Shown piece after piece: positions 26,613 to 39,492 of a stretch of DNA of 64,000 bases; the stretch's first letter is position 1; every line of letters begins with the position of its first letter. The stretch comes from Marsupella aquatica. Taxonomy: Eukaryota; Plantae; Marchantiophyta. The stretch spans positions 12,651,934 to 12,715,933 of the forward strand of contig OZ316899.1 of assembly GCA_973895155.1 (NCBI GenBank), in the 5' to 3' direction. The notes under the pieces were generated by a model that was not told the origin of the DNA, made no database searches, and worked only from the letters and a program-made list of their open reading frames with translations. Position numbers and translations under genes: made by a program.

Positions 26613-28112
26613 AGAGGCCGGCAACAGAAGAGCCCAACCAGCCTGCCAGTCCTACAATCGAGCAAGTGTTTTGACCAAGGAAAGAAGACTTGCCGATGCA
26701 GCAATCAGGCATGCAGAATCTGCTGAAAATGCTGGAGAAGGAGAGAATGGCACCAGCAACGGCAACGGCACCGGTACAGGACACTGCCCCAGAGGCCGGC
26801 CTAAGCCGACTCAAGAGGGAAAACCCCTTTACCGGAGCCAAGGAGAGAAGGAGGCGGGACACAAGCCGGGAGTGCAAATGTATGTGGGAGCCTCAAGCCC
26901 CGAATCGGAGGCAGAGCAGCCTAAGACTCCTTCCCGAGGAGAGCAGAGGGAGAGGACAGCCTGGAACCCATAGGAAGAACAAGAGCCCGTGATCTGTGAG
27001 GCCATTTTCACGGCAGGACCAGGGGAACAGAGGGGGAAGCCGGGAGTCCAAGCAGTGGAGGAGGCAGTGGAGGACTACAGCAATGATAACTTTGGCTATG
27101 GGTCGGATCATCATGTTCCAGGAGTAAGGACCTGTGACCAATTTATCTCCACGCTTCCAAGAGTAGTTCGAGGGGACCCCACCCAACAGAGTAGCCTCGA
27201 GTCTCCCCCACCAGAGGTTGCTCCCTCGAGCTTTGACGGCATAAAGCAGACGGCACAAGAATTTCAGGAGCGACTTAGGGAGGAAGAGAAAGCAGCCCTG
27301 GCTAGGGAGAAAGATTTACCGGGAGGAGATTGGCCGGAGGACATCAGGCGGCTTGCCAAAAAAAGAGGCCGGCAACAGAAGAGCCCAACCAGCCTGCCAG
27401 TCCTACAATCGAGCAGGTGTTTCGGCCAAGGAAAGAAGACTTGCCGATGCAGCAATTAGGCATGCAGAATCTGCTGAAAATGCTGGAGAAGGAGAGAACG
27501 ACACCAGCAACGGCAACGGCACCGGTACAGGACACTGCCCCAGAGGCCGGCCTAAGCCGACTCAGGAGGGAAAACCCCTTTACCGGAGCCAAGGAGAGAA
27601 GGAGGCCGGAACAAAAACCGGGAGTGCAAATGTATGTGGGAGCCTCAAGCCCCGAATTGGAGGCAGAGCAGCCTAAGGCTCCTTCCCGCGAGCAGAGGGA
27701 GAGGACAGCCTGGAACCCAGAGGAGGAACAAGATCCCATGGTCTGTGAGGCCGTTTTCACGGCAGGACCAGGGGAACATAGGGGGAAGCAGGGAGTCCAA
27801 GCAGTGGAGGAGGCGGTGGAGGACTACAGCAATGATAACTCCGGCTATGGGTCGGATCATCATGTTCCAGGAGTAAGGACCTGTGGCCGATTTATCCCCA
27901 TGCTTCCAAGAGTAGTTTGAGGGGACCCCACCCAGCAGAGTAGCCCCGAGTCTCCCCCACCAGAGGTTGCTCCCCCGAGCTTTGACGGCATAAAACAGAC
28001 GGCACAAGATTTTCAGGAGCAACTCAGGGAGGAAGAGAGGGTAGCCCTGGCTAGGGAGAAAGATTTACCAGGAGGAGATTGGCCGGAGGACATCAGGCGG
28101 CTTGCCGAAAAA
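26613..28112 (+). repeat. ~751-bp tandem duplication found only in the 5' LTR of A
   Basis: AGAGGCCGGCAACAGAAG begins at both 26613 and 27364; single copy in the 3' LTR. Confidence 0.9.
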
Positions 28113-29386
28113 AGAAGCAACCCTCTTGCCACCGTAGAAGAAATCCGCAAGGCGGCTTGGGAATAGAGGCCGAGGTGGTTGATGCCGATGACTTCTACTT
28201 ACTCCACCTATGCTAAAGATAGAGCCATGGAGTACGGGGAGATGTGTGGGGACCTGGCGCTCAGCATCTTTGGGGAGGAGTTGGAGCAGGGACCTTTCTA
28301 CCAGAGGGAGAGGTTGGAGAAGCACCGATTAGAAGAAGCGGTGGCTTTGGAGAGAAGCAAGAAGGACGAGGTCATCCGGCGGCTTAGGGAGAAGGAAGCC
28401 GAGGTGGAAGTCATGCAGGCGGCCAAGAAAGCCCAAGATGAGCTGCGGATTAAGCGGCATGAGCTAAACATCATGCAGGGGCAGTTGGATACCGCTCAGT
28501 CTGACAATCAGATTATCAAAGATAAACTGACTCGGACCCAAGGAGAGTTGGCCGGCGCAGTCAAGGAAAGAAAGAAATGGAAGCGAGAGCTAAGGGACGC
28601 AGAGGAGGCCCACTTAGCAACCAACAATCGGGCCATGACGGAGAACCAGAGAAGGGAGAGGGCATTAAAGGGGGAACTCGAGGATATCCGCAGAGCCCTT
28701 GAGCAAAAGGAGGCCGAGTTAGGGAAATCCTATCAAGGGATTATTGCATTGCAGCAGGAGCTTGCGTCCCTGACGGCCAGCTTCAAGGCCGACCTCCGTG
28801 AGAAAGACGACCAGCTCGACCAGACTTATGCCAAGATGAATAAGATGGAGTCTGAGGTCGTAGCAGAGCTCAACAAGGAGCTAAGAGCAACCCAGGAGGA
28901 GAGGGCTACCTTAAAGAAAGAATTGGAGGAAGCCAAAAAGGAGCTGGAGGAGGCGCGCAAGGACCTGGATGAGACCCAGGAGGAGTTGGAGGAAATCACA
29001 AGGAAGATGGAGAACCTACAGCGGCGGGCCGACAACCAAACGGAGCGGCTGAAGAAACAAGCCGCAGTATTTAAATGCTTGGCTTCATCAGGTCCAACTC
29101 CAATTGGGGCAACCCAGTTACCAGGGGTAGTATTGGCCGAAGGACAAGCCGAGACACTCACCCCGGTGCCGGAGGTAAGTGGCAAGGGGAAGGAACCTGC
29201 TGTCAAAATAGGGAAGAAGAAGAAGCGGAAACCTTCTAGGTCTGGGAGTTATACGGCTTCTCAAGCCGTTGTGACCGAGAAGATAAACCCGGCACCAACC
29301 TCCGGCATCGACACGGCAGTGGATCCACCAGTCCTAGGAAGTGGGGATGGCAAGGCCGAGGCCGGGACAACCAGTAATGAAGCCGA

Positions 29387-31614
29387 TGTCCTGAGGATAA
29401 GCAAAGAGGTGGGAAAGGGCCTCAAGGGACACGCAGGGTGTATGGCTGCTTGAGATAGGAAACGGTTGCAAACAAGACAAAGTATCTACCCTAACCTTTC
29501 ATCCACATCATCACAAGCAAGCAAGCATGCTTTCGAAACTCAAGCCATTTACATACTCATATCCAATCACAATCAAAATAACTAGTTCAAGCTTCCCAAT
29601 GTAATCCTCACAAGTCTAAGCCCAACATTCAATTGGTCACCATTCCTTTTCCAACACTTGATTGCACACAATCCCTTGCAACCCTCTAAGGTACACAAGT
29701 TCAAGCTTACATCAATGTGGTCAAGTTAAGGGTCACTCTTGGTTGTGGCTAAGACAAGTGGGACATCCAAAGGTATGCAAGGCATCTCTATGCACCATTC
29801 AAACATCCAACTGTTGAAACATGGAAAACTACTTTCGAAAAGTGACCTAGGGTTGGTCAACAAACTCCTTAACAAACATGGAATTGACCTTAGTCCCTTC
29901 CTCTAGTAGAACCACCAAGTACAATCCACAAACAACCCATTCCATCAATCGAAAATGCCTTCACTCTTTACTCTTGCAACTTCCCTCATGTATAATAACT
30001 ACTTTCGAAAGTACCTTCATCCAACCCATCTACTTTCAAAAACACCTTCAAGCTCACAACAACATTCGAAAATGGCATGAAGACATTCATTCTAATTATT
30101 CCATCACTCATAGCCAAAGCAAGGCATCAACACACATCTCAAAAACGAGGATACCTCTCCTCTAAATGCATAGCAAGAAGGCACATGTAGCATCATGGCC
30201 TCCAAGTAAAAACATGGGTCACAAGCAAGACCCTCCTAGCAAAAATGAATCATCACCAAGTCTAATCATCAACCAAGCATTCAAAATCCCTCCATAGCCT
30301 ATCCAAGCTTCAAAACCCTAGTCTCCTTATCTCATACTTCCTTCTATCAACCAAATCTACTTTCGAAGCTTCAAGTCAAGGAGTTTACAAGAGAGTAGGC
30401 CTTCTTAGTGAGCCATCTCTAATGCAAGACTCCCAAGCTTCAACAAGATTAGGTCTCATCTCCTCTAAGCTTTTGAAAATCTCCTACAAGTCCATTCTCC
30501 TCAAAACTTGAAGCAACAAACCTACATTCGAGTATGCCTTCTTGTGGGCAATCTCTCATGCAAGCTCCTTATACTTCCTACTCACATCCTACCTCCTTCC
30601 TAAGGCTTTGAGTCAGCCTCTCCTACATTCGAAACCTCTCTCCAAATCCCTAGAAAAACCGTCACAAAACTCAATCTCTTCACATTCAAAGCTTCTACTC
30701 CATCTATCTCTTCACAAAATCGCCTCTACATCTCCTACCCTCAAAATCCTAAGGCCACGGCCAAGGAGGAGGGCTCCCCCTTCACTCATGCCTCATGCTC
30801 GAGCTCCCCTCAAGAGGTTCGCTCCTACAACTAAAAATGGGACTTAACACTCCAAAATGGCAAAACGGCAGCACTTCAGCAGCATCTAACCTCCGAACCC
30901 TTGGCCACTCGAACTTCCTCCTTTAGTACCCAAGTGGGAAGGCCCAGGGCACCCACAAGCTCCTCCACTTATGGTTTTAATCCTCGTTGAATCACAGCCC
31001 TCGATCTCACACCAATTAGATCAAACGGCCAAAAATGAGCCAAAAAACCCCTCCTTAGTAACTTGTAAACCAAATGAGCTTCGACCTTTTTGAAAAAGCC
31101 ACGACCTCCACCAAGCCCTAACTCACATCTCCACCTTCAATCCAAACCATCCATTAACCAAAACCAAGATCCACCGTTGAAGTAGATACATTGAATCTGG
31201 TCCATTTAACACAAAAATCTGAATCTGGTCCAAATCTCACAAAACTGATGCACTTGGACCAAACCCTCTTACATGCCTTGAACCTGGTCACCTCCTCCAT
31301 GTATTCAATGAACCTGGTCACCATGTTGCCAAAACCCTAAATACCTTGCTTGTTGAGCAAGCAACCTCCATTCCACCAATCCGCCAAATGATAACTTAAT
31401 CACTGGTCACAAATGAAAAACATACCCCACAATAGTAACAAGGGTGGGTAGGCTTGACCTCATCCCTACCTTGACCCTCATAACTCTACTTCCTCCTTCA
31501 CCTTGGTCAAGTTAGCTCAAGTCAAGTCAACTTGCCCAAGTTAGAAGCAAAATAGGTTTCAACTTCCTTCACAAAACATGAGGATTCCTCCTTTAGGATG
31601 GAAACCTCATGACA
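29387..31614. mobile_element. solo LTR C (2,228 bp, unrelated family) inserted in the LTR-A gene
   Basis: Ends TGTCCTGAGG/CCTCATGACA; 4-bp TSD CCGA; empty site GAAGCTGAGGTACC in the 3' LTR (~61290); no convincing coding region. Confidence 0.85.
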
Positions 31615-32732
31615 CCGAGGTACCAGATCCTCCACTAGAACATGTCGGGGAGGCCGTGGCCGATGCTGAGGCCGAAGCCGAGGGTGTACCCAGTCAGGCC
31701 GATGAAGAGTTGACTCGGTCCGGGGCAGGTAATCTGTCAGAGGACGGACCAACGGCAGTGGCTGCGGAGGAAGCATTGGGGGCGTCCATTGAGGACCAGC
31801 CACCGGGGTCGTGACGGTGTAAGGGAGTCGTCCCTTTTAGGGAGGGTGGACGTGGAGGTAGGAGGCGTGAGTGGGCAGGGCGGGCGCTGATCTCCAAGTT
31901 TAGACTAAGGATCAGGACCAGGAGACTGCCCTGACACTTAGATTAGTGGGATTGCGGATCCACGAGTAAGGGCGACACTTATGCTCCTGCCTCGCTGTAC
32001 ATAGGTAGATTATAGTTAGGTAGATTACAGATAAGTAGATTAGGCTTACGCTGCAAGGAATCAGGCGGATCCACAACCAGGATACGTACCTGGGCTGCGG
32101 GGAGTTCAGGGCCTCTTCTTTAGCAAGTTTTTAGTTGCACCAGCAGGGCTGGGATCAAGTAGTAAGAGAAGCTCTCGGTTAGTTATACAGTGACCCTTGT
32201 GTATATTCATGTTTCCTCATGCCTAAGAACTGAATAGAGTTGACCTCATGGCTTAGTTTGCAGAGCTTATGTATGAGATGTACTGTTTGTATGGCAAGTG
32301 CATGGTATAACTCAGTCAGAAGGAGTCATTTTGCTATTTGTGTGTCGCATTAACTTGTGTGAAGAGTGCCCACATCAATGAAGGGAAGTAGCAAGGGAGT
32401 GAGAGTTGGATGTGTTGAGCTGAGAGAGGTCTTAGCGGCTTAACCAAGCCAATTGAGGATCATTCCGGCGGCGGAATCCAAACATACCTAATGGAAGACA
32501 AGGAGAGAAATACAAGGGAGGGCCTAGAATAGGCCGGCTAAGTATCTCATGACCCGATGAAGGATCTGTCCAGTATATGTGTGTAAAATGTTAATAGTAG
32601 TAGTAGAGGTGATTAGCAGCGTCCCATGCCGCTAAGCCACGGAAACGGCCTCGTCAAGGATGAAACCTGCGGGAATCGGCTTGTGCGGGGGGGGTTCTTG
32701 GGTTTGGGGAGCCATGGGACGCACCACATTTT

Positions 32733-32750
32733 TGGCGCTAGATGGAGGGG
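32733..32750 (+). other. primer-binding site of element A (tRNA-Asn-like)
   Basis: TGGCGCTAGATGGAGGGG, 4 nt after the LTR; one mismatch to the complement of the plant tRNA-Asn(GTT) 3' end as I recall it. Confidence 0.8.
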
Positions 32751-32764
32751 GCATTTTCTAAGCC

Positions 32765-35256
32765 GTGAGATATGAAGTTAGGAAGGAAGCGTGGGTAATG
32801 ACTGAAACTACGCCAAGAGAGGAAAGAGCGATTCAACGGGAGAGAGCTCGTCTGCAGCAGCTCGTCGGGTGGCATGATACACAACGACTGAGAGGGGCAG
32901 AAAGAGCTAGTAGCTCTGTAACTAAAAGTGGCATCGAAGAATACATACCAGAAGAAGGGTGGGTAAGGAGAAGTGAGTCTCCAACCGACATGGGGGAACC
33001 AGAGGCACGGCCAGATGAGAGGCCAGGGACCAGACTGAGCCAACGGTCGCATATTCATTACAAGGCCTTTCATGGAAGAGGAGATGAGGATCCGGACAAA
33101 TGGTTGGATGACTTCGAAGGAACCGCTGCAGCAAATGGAGAATCGGCCATCAAGATGCAAATTCTTCCCGGCCTGTTCAAGGGTGAGGCTAGGCCTTGGT
33201 ACAGAGCATTGGACGTAGAAGATCAAGCCATCTGGAATACTTTCAGATCACTATTTATCAAGGAGTTTCGACCCATTGGAACTTCAGAGTTAGCAGTGCT
33301 GAAGTTGGGACAACTTCGGTTCAAGGAGAACAAATCCTTTAGGAAGTTCTTGCAACGCTTCCAAAAGCTGGTAAGACGTACAAAGACCAATGCATCTGAA
33401 GGTATGCAACTTCAATGGTTAGTGAATGCTTTGCCACAGAAGATGAGTTTTGCAATTAGGAAGGAGAACCCAGAGACTTTAGCCGAGGCAATTAAGGATA
33501 TTCAATTATACATTAATGCAGATATCACAAGCCGAAAGAAACAGCTTAAGTCTGAGAGTTCCTCATCGGAGGAAGGATCACCCCATAAGAAAAAAGATAA
33601 GAAAAAGAAACATTCTAAGAAGTCAAGAAGTGATAACTCAAGCTCGGATAGTGGGAGTAGCAAGAGTGAGTCATCTTCTAGTTCTGAAGAAGAAAAAACT
33701 AGGAAAAGGAAGGACACAAGGAGGGGAAAGATGAAAGTCAAACTAGAGGCTAAAACACCAGATAACATCGTAGCCCTTACCGAGTAGCTTAAGGCTATAA
33801 TAGCAGAGGTAAAACCAAAGAAGAAGGTAGTACAGGAGGATAGCTCTGTATGGTGTGCCTTATGTTATAAAACCGGACACCATAAAGATGCGTGTCCTAA
33901 ACTTAATACTAGTCATGTTTGGCATGTGGCTGAGGTCAGACCATGTCAGGGAGAAGTAGAGTACTTTTTAGGGGATGTTGCTGATAGTGTTTTCGGCATC
34001 AGTGAGACTGGAGCACGAGACCTATCCAACAGACCTGCATCTCTCTGGTCAGGATTAAGGAACAAACTGGGAGAGATGTATCCTCGGATTATTCAGAATC
34101 CGTCAGTACCTCCTAGGCCAAATGTGCAAATATTTGCGGCATGCTATAATTGTGGTCAACCTGGTCATTTTGCTAGAGAATGCCCGAATGCACGCAAACA
34201 AGGTGATGGACAACCAGCTTAGCTATGTATGGGATGCCGACAGGAGGGTCACATGCTAGGACAATGTCCTACTTGGTTGGCAGGCCTGGCCGCAAATCAT
34301 AAGCTCTTGCTAGTCAAGGTTTTACCGCCAGGTACTACCCCCGGAGGAGTTCAAATCAACCACATTGAACTTGGATGGCAAATAGATGCCGAAGCAGAGT
34401 TCGGACCATCCGATGATGAGGCCGAGGCCCTATCAACCTTCTCAGAGGAGGATTTGGATCATGATTGCTACTGGGTCTCTACTCGATCTACCAGAAGGAA
34501 GGAAAGGTGGGATGGGCTGGCCAAAAATAAAGGGAAGGATAAGGAAGAAAGAATCGACTCCTCGTCAACATCAACAAAAGGGGAAGGAAAGGCGCCGGCA
34601 ACACATGTAAGCCATGAGCCCCCCCATGAGCCCAATCCTTCACAGGAGAGCGACTTCAATCGAGATCACCCTAGGTTGGTCTACCCCTCTATTACGGCTA
34701 GTGTTAAGGAACAATTGCGAGAATTAGAAACCCTGGAGAATACCGAAGCTATAGCCAAGGATGTGAAACGAGCAAAAGCGTTGTTTGCTTTGGAGGATCC
34801 AATGGCTATGGAAACCAACGTGGAAAAACAGGCTGAAGCCAAGATGAAGACACCGCTAGAAGAGAAGCCGATAGTTCCCTATGACCTGGCTAAAGATGTG
34901 CTAGAATCTAGAGTCTCGGCAACCGTAGGTCAACTATTGAAAAATAGCCCGTACTTCCGGAAGCAGTTAAGGAAGGCGATTCTTGGCAAGACAAGATTAC
35001 CCAAGGTAGCAACCAAATCCGATGTGCTCATGATAGAAGAAGATCAAGGAGCCCCAACATTACCATTAATGATTCAAGGAGAAATATTATTGCGAGTACC
35101 CATTGATGGAGGATCCGGGGTATGTATTATGATTGATTCAACAGCAAAAGGATGGGGTCTAACGCCGGAGATGACTGGAAGAGTGTTAAACATGGCCAAT
35201 GGGTATCAGGTCATTCCCACGGGAGTGTTAACCGGCATCAAGACTGAGATAGGAGG
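32765..35256 (+). pseudogene. element A gag (3 CCHC knuckles) and protease N-half
   Basis: FHGRGDEDPDKWL gag motif; CALCYKTGHHKDAC, CYNCGQPGHFAREC, CMGCRQEGHMLGQC; IDGGSGV; two TAG stops; interrupted by element B at TEIGG. Confidence 0.9.
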
Positions 35257-35615
35257 TGTGACGCCGCCGGTACGGCGAGTAATGAGTAATTCAGTCTGGA
35301 CCGCGCTTAGCACGCACGTTAGGGGTATCTTAGGCCGCTATTATTAGCATAACGACAGTATTTAGGTAACCATTATGAGTAGGAAATCATTAGTTAATAA
35401 GGGGAAATCATGTTCTGACTGGCGGCGTGTTGCCATTCGCACGCCCGGGTTGCGAGCGTGGAGGGGCCCCTCCCTCGGGTCCGTATAACGAACTTAGGGA
35501 AGCGGCCACTGACACGCGCTGACTCAGACCGGCGGAGTGGCCGGTACACTACAAGCATGAACGGTTCAGCCTATAGGCAACGAGGAGACGTCGGGTGATC
35601 GACAAACCCTCAAGG

Positions 35616-35623
35616 TATAAAAA
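35616..35623 (+). promoter_or_regulatory. TATA box upstream of the LTR-B gene
   Basis: TATAAAAA followed by a CT-rich leader and ATG at 35724; conserved at 50393-50400. Confidence 0.55.
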
Positions 35624-35723
35624 GGGAGCCGACCCTTTGTAGTGCACCAGTCCATCAATCCACACGCCAGCTTCGACCCCAGCTCTCTCGTTCTCTCTTA
35701 GTTGCCACTGCTATCTCCTCTTA

Positions 35724-38347
35724 ATGTCGCACACGATCCTCTCCAGTTTGGCCATTCGATTCTGGACGGAGTTCCTATCTACCGGAAGACACTTGGCTGA
35801 CTCATTGAAACACGCCAACCCGCGCCAATACGAAATCGAACGCGAGTACGAGAGAGCCATCTGCCTAGCAGGACGACACCACTATATCCTTAACTTTGAC
35901 TACCCGTCTTAGAGCGAGCTTTACCGACCAGCAGAGGTATCTGGGTACTTCTTCAACGGAGACAAATATATCGGTTTCTAGGAAGCATTGCTTTGGCTTC
36001 CGGACGAGGTCTTCAATATCCTGGGTACGATCGACTTGCACCGACATCACTTCGACCACATCCCTGCTCAGGTTCGGGCTATCATCAACAACGAGTCCAA
36101 CGCTACCCGTTCGACAAGGCCGTCTGCACTTGCTTCGGAGAACTTCTACCAGCACCTGCAGAGCTTCATGGGAACTAGACCCTCAACCGCCGGCGTCGGC
36201 CCAGTCGACCCCATACCCATATCCGCACCAACGCAGACTCAGGCTCAGCTTCAGTCTCAGTCTCAGCCTAGCCAACCCCACCGCCGATCGCCCCGCCTGT
36301 ACAAGTACGCTCCGTCATCAACGCTATGGACCTTAGCGACGACGACGAGGCTACCCCACCCTTGCTCAGGCGGCCCAGAGGAGCAAACACTCAAGGGGCC
36401 AACACTACAGTGTCCCCTCTCCATGCTCGGACCCAAGGAGCGGCTCCAGCAGACAACACGGTGACCGTGGCCGCCCCGGGCCCAATACTAACGGCGGTAG
36501 CACTACCTATGCCCGATCGAGAGGATGGGGAGGTGTCACCCTCCCCGAGCCAGTCACGGGGGAAGAAGAGGAAGGAACCCGCCGCTGCATCCGGGTTACC
36601 ATTGGCCACGGTAGCCGCGGCCAAGGTGACAATGCACCGCATGGGGGAAAACGTGCATAAAAACATCCTCCATCCCAAACATGCGGTGTACCTGAAGACT
36701 CAGGGATTTGAGCACCTCGCCTCTCTCCCCTGGAACACTTGCAGGTACTACGGGGAGGACATGACGGAATTCGTCAAGAATTATGATGACGCACGTCAAC
36801 ATACTCGGCTGCGGGGAAGGAATATGTCCCTCACGGAAGAATGGCTCAAGATGATCTTCGGGTTACCCGAAGGTGACCACCGAGTCAAATCATGGGCTCC
36901 CGGGGGCAAGGGAGCCAAGTACCAATCCTCAAGTTTTCCCTCAGAGGGAGCAGTGGACAATGGGTTCGTGATGAGGACCTGCCTCATCCCCGAGATAGCT
37001 GAGTGACTGGAGTTCCAAAGGTATGCCCTCCACATGATGGAACCCCAGGGGGAGATCTCCGCTGCCCAGGTTATCCAGGTCGAGAACTATCGACCTAGGA
37101 AGTGCGCGTCGTACTTTGCTAAGAAATTCCATGAAGAGATGGAGCGGCGAAGAAAGACGCTATACATTGGCGGGAAGGCGTATTTCGCTAGCCACATCGA
37201 GATCATTCTCGAGTGGTACGTTCGGTTTGATCGACGAACCCTTCCCTATGTCAACGTTACAAAGCTGGTCCCAGCTAGGTGGGTTTTCCCGGCCTTGGAG
37301 AGACGGCCCCAACCCGAGGCCCGAAGTCCAGTGGACACGCAGGCTTCACCCACCCCACCTCCACAAGTAGCTATAGTCGTGACCGAGGAGGTACCGGATG
37401 GGTCGGTAATTGCAACCGTAGATGCGATCCAACAGGCCAGGCCAAGTACAGAAGTTGGTACAACGGAGGCCTTACTCGAGCCCGGGTCTCCCAAAGACCC
37501 ACCGGTGGCTATTCCGGAGAACCGGACATTGCTGCAGGAGGACACTCCAACCCCTTCCAACACTACGTCCCCAGGGCTGGATGTCACTGCCCCGGCCCCC
37601 GCGTGTGTTGACGTTTGCCCGTGCCCAACTCTGGACAGGCACAACCTGGACCACCCGGAACTCTTCGTACCGGGTACATTTCTGAACGGCCTTCTGGGAG
37701 ATTTCTCTCATCAAATTGCCCGGGATACCGGGGAGTTCATGGCCCGGAAGGTAGCCTGTTTCTTCAATCAGGAGTTGGTTGTCGTAGTAAACGCAGGCCG
37801 GGCCCAGTCAGAGGCCCTTCAGAGGATAGAGTGGTACCGGGTGGAGTCCGTATACTTAAAGAACAAAGTTGCGGCTCAAGAGGCTGAGCTTCTACAACTA
37901 CGACCCAAAGTTGCAGCCGCCGATGAGTTGTTAGCAAAGGCGCACGCCCTTACCGCCCTAGCCAAACAGGCCAAAGCTGGGAACGAGGCCGAGATTGCAC
38001 GACTCCGGAACCAGATTGACAGTTTGAAGAATCAAACTGTCATCTGGCAGAAAGACCTGGAGGATGCCGAAGAACGGGCCCAGCGGGACACTACGGAGAT
38101 AGCCACGCTACAGGCCAAAGTGGCGCGGCTCCAAACCGAAGCCGAGAAGCAGGACCAGCTGGCGGGCAAGCTGACGAGCGACGCCCAGCAGCTGGAGGAG
38201 GCAGTGGAGGAGACGGACGCGGCAAAGCGAGAGAACGAATCTCTGCTGGACCAAGTCCAGCTCCTCAAGGCGGACAACGACAGACTTCATAAGCAACGGG
38301 ATGGCCGCTCCCACTCGGGCGGCTCTGGCAAGCGTGCCAGGCATTAG
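35724..38347 (+). pseudogene. LTR-B-embedded gene (~875 aa), 5' LTR copy
   Basis: Frames 35724-35912, 35988-, 36326-37006 and 37034-38347 join across point stops and one frameshift, none of which are in the 3' copy. Confidence 0.85.
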
Positions 38348-39259
38348 CGACAGAGTAGGAATAGAATAGGGTTAGGAATAGCTAAATCAGGCTATGGGGA
38401 CAAGAACCTGCCCTAGTTAGAGTAGCACCGCCATGCTGTCCAGTCTGCGTAGGTTAGGATCTTCTAATAAGACACAGCCGTTTTTTGGCCTGACAGTCAG
38501 ATTAGTTAGGACCTAAGTCAGTGAATCTTTGGGCGGGAGGACACTCCGTTCCTTGGCCCTTAGTATTTAGTGCACCCCTCGGTAGAGGCAGGGTTGGGTT
38601 TTTTTAGTCTCAGTATTGGACATCCGCGGTATGTGCGGGGAGTCCCGACCTCTGGGAGTGGAAGAGTACCAAGGGGAGGGTGTAAGACTAAGCTTATTGG
38701 GCGAGTACGGAGCCGGGTTCCATTGTAGTGTACACCCTCGACCTCGGACCTGTTCACTCCAGAGCATTCGGGTCAACTAAGTGTACGCATATGTCTCTTA
38801 TGGAGTAAAATCCCTTCCCGTTATTTCCTTCGTATAAATTGAGATTTTATGCTTGTGCGTATGTATGTGTGTGAATCTCGTGTATAGGTGCCAACGCTTG
38901 GCCGAACGCACTACCCAAGTAGTGCACGAGGTGCAGCTTGCGTGTACGTGGTTGCGAGCCCGGGTTGAGCACCCATTCCACCAAAATCCGGATCGAAGGC
39001 GGACAATATGAAGGCTTAGAAGCCCTTAAGCCAGGGTCGATCTTGCTATCGATTGAGGTACGTTCCGGCGGCGGAACACAAATCATACCTAAGAGGTGTC
39101 CGTATATGATGATAGGCGCACTTAGCGCTATTTTATGTAAGTTGGGTGCATTCCGTGCCTCCCTCCCTGCCCGAACCCTCATTTTGACAAAGGTTGTGCC
39201 TATTTAAGCCAAAGCCCGGAGTAAGGCCAAGGCTGACGACGTGACATAGGCTTTGTTTT

Positions 39260-39277
39260 TGGCGCTAGATGGAGGGG
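39260..39277 (+). other. primer-binding site of element B (identical to A)
   Basis: TGGCGCTAGATGGAGGGG, 13 nt after the LTR end. Confidence 0.8.
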
Positions 39278-39492
39278 GCACTCTACGTGTAGTAGAGGGG
39301 AGACATGTGCGGGTGCACCTGGGCAGAATACACCAGGCCCGTGTGAGTTACTAACCATCGCGTGTATATGAGTAAATGTCCGTCACTCGTTCTCAAGCAG
39401 CCTACTTGAGGAGATTGACTAGCGAATGAGAGAGTGCAACCACAGCAAGCTCCGACTCTTTAGGATCGGAGGATTCGCAATCACCTCGGCAA

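Larger units (their letters stand above)
25148..31814 (+). pseudogene. LTR-A-embedded gene, 5' LTR copy (disrupted)
   Basis: ORFs 25142-26674, 27330-27920, 28179-29386 and 31615-31814 join into the same protein as the other two LTR-A copies. Confidence 0.85.
25032..32728 (+). repeat. 5' LTR of element A (enlarged by a 751-bp duplication and a 2.2-kb insertion)
   Basis: TGTGATGCCTAGCC...GGGACGCACCACA, colinear with 57738-62406; PBS follows. Confidence 0.95.
35257..39246 (+). repeat. 5' LTR of element B (3,990 bp)
   Basis: TGTGACGCCGCC...GACGTGACA, colinear with 50034-54028. Confidence 0.95.

Noticed and set aside
28179-29453. Host myosin/SMC/tropomyosin-like gene
   Set aside because: It is a generic coiled coil that forms the C-terminal part of the LTR-embedded ORF.
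32733-32750. tRNA gene
   Set aside because: Only an 18-nt complement of a tRNA 3' end (the PBS); no cloverleaf structure.
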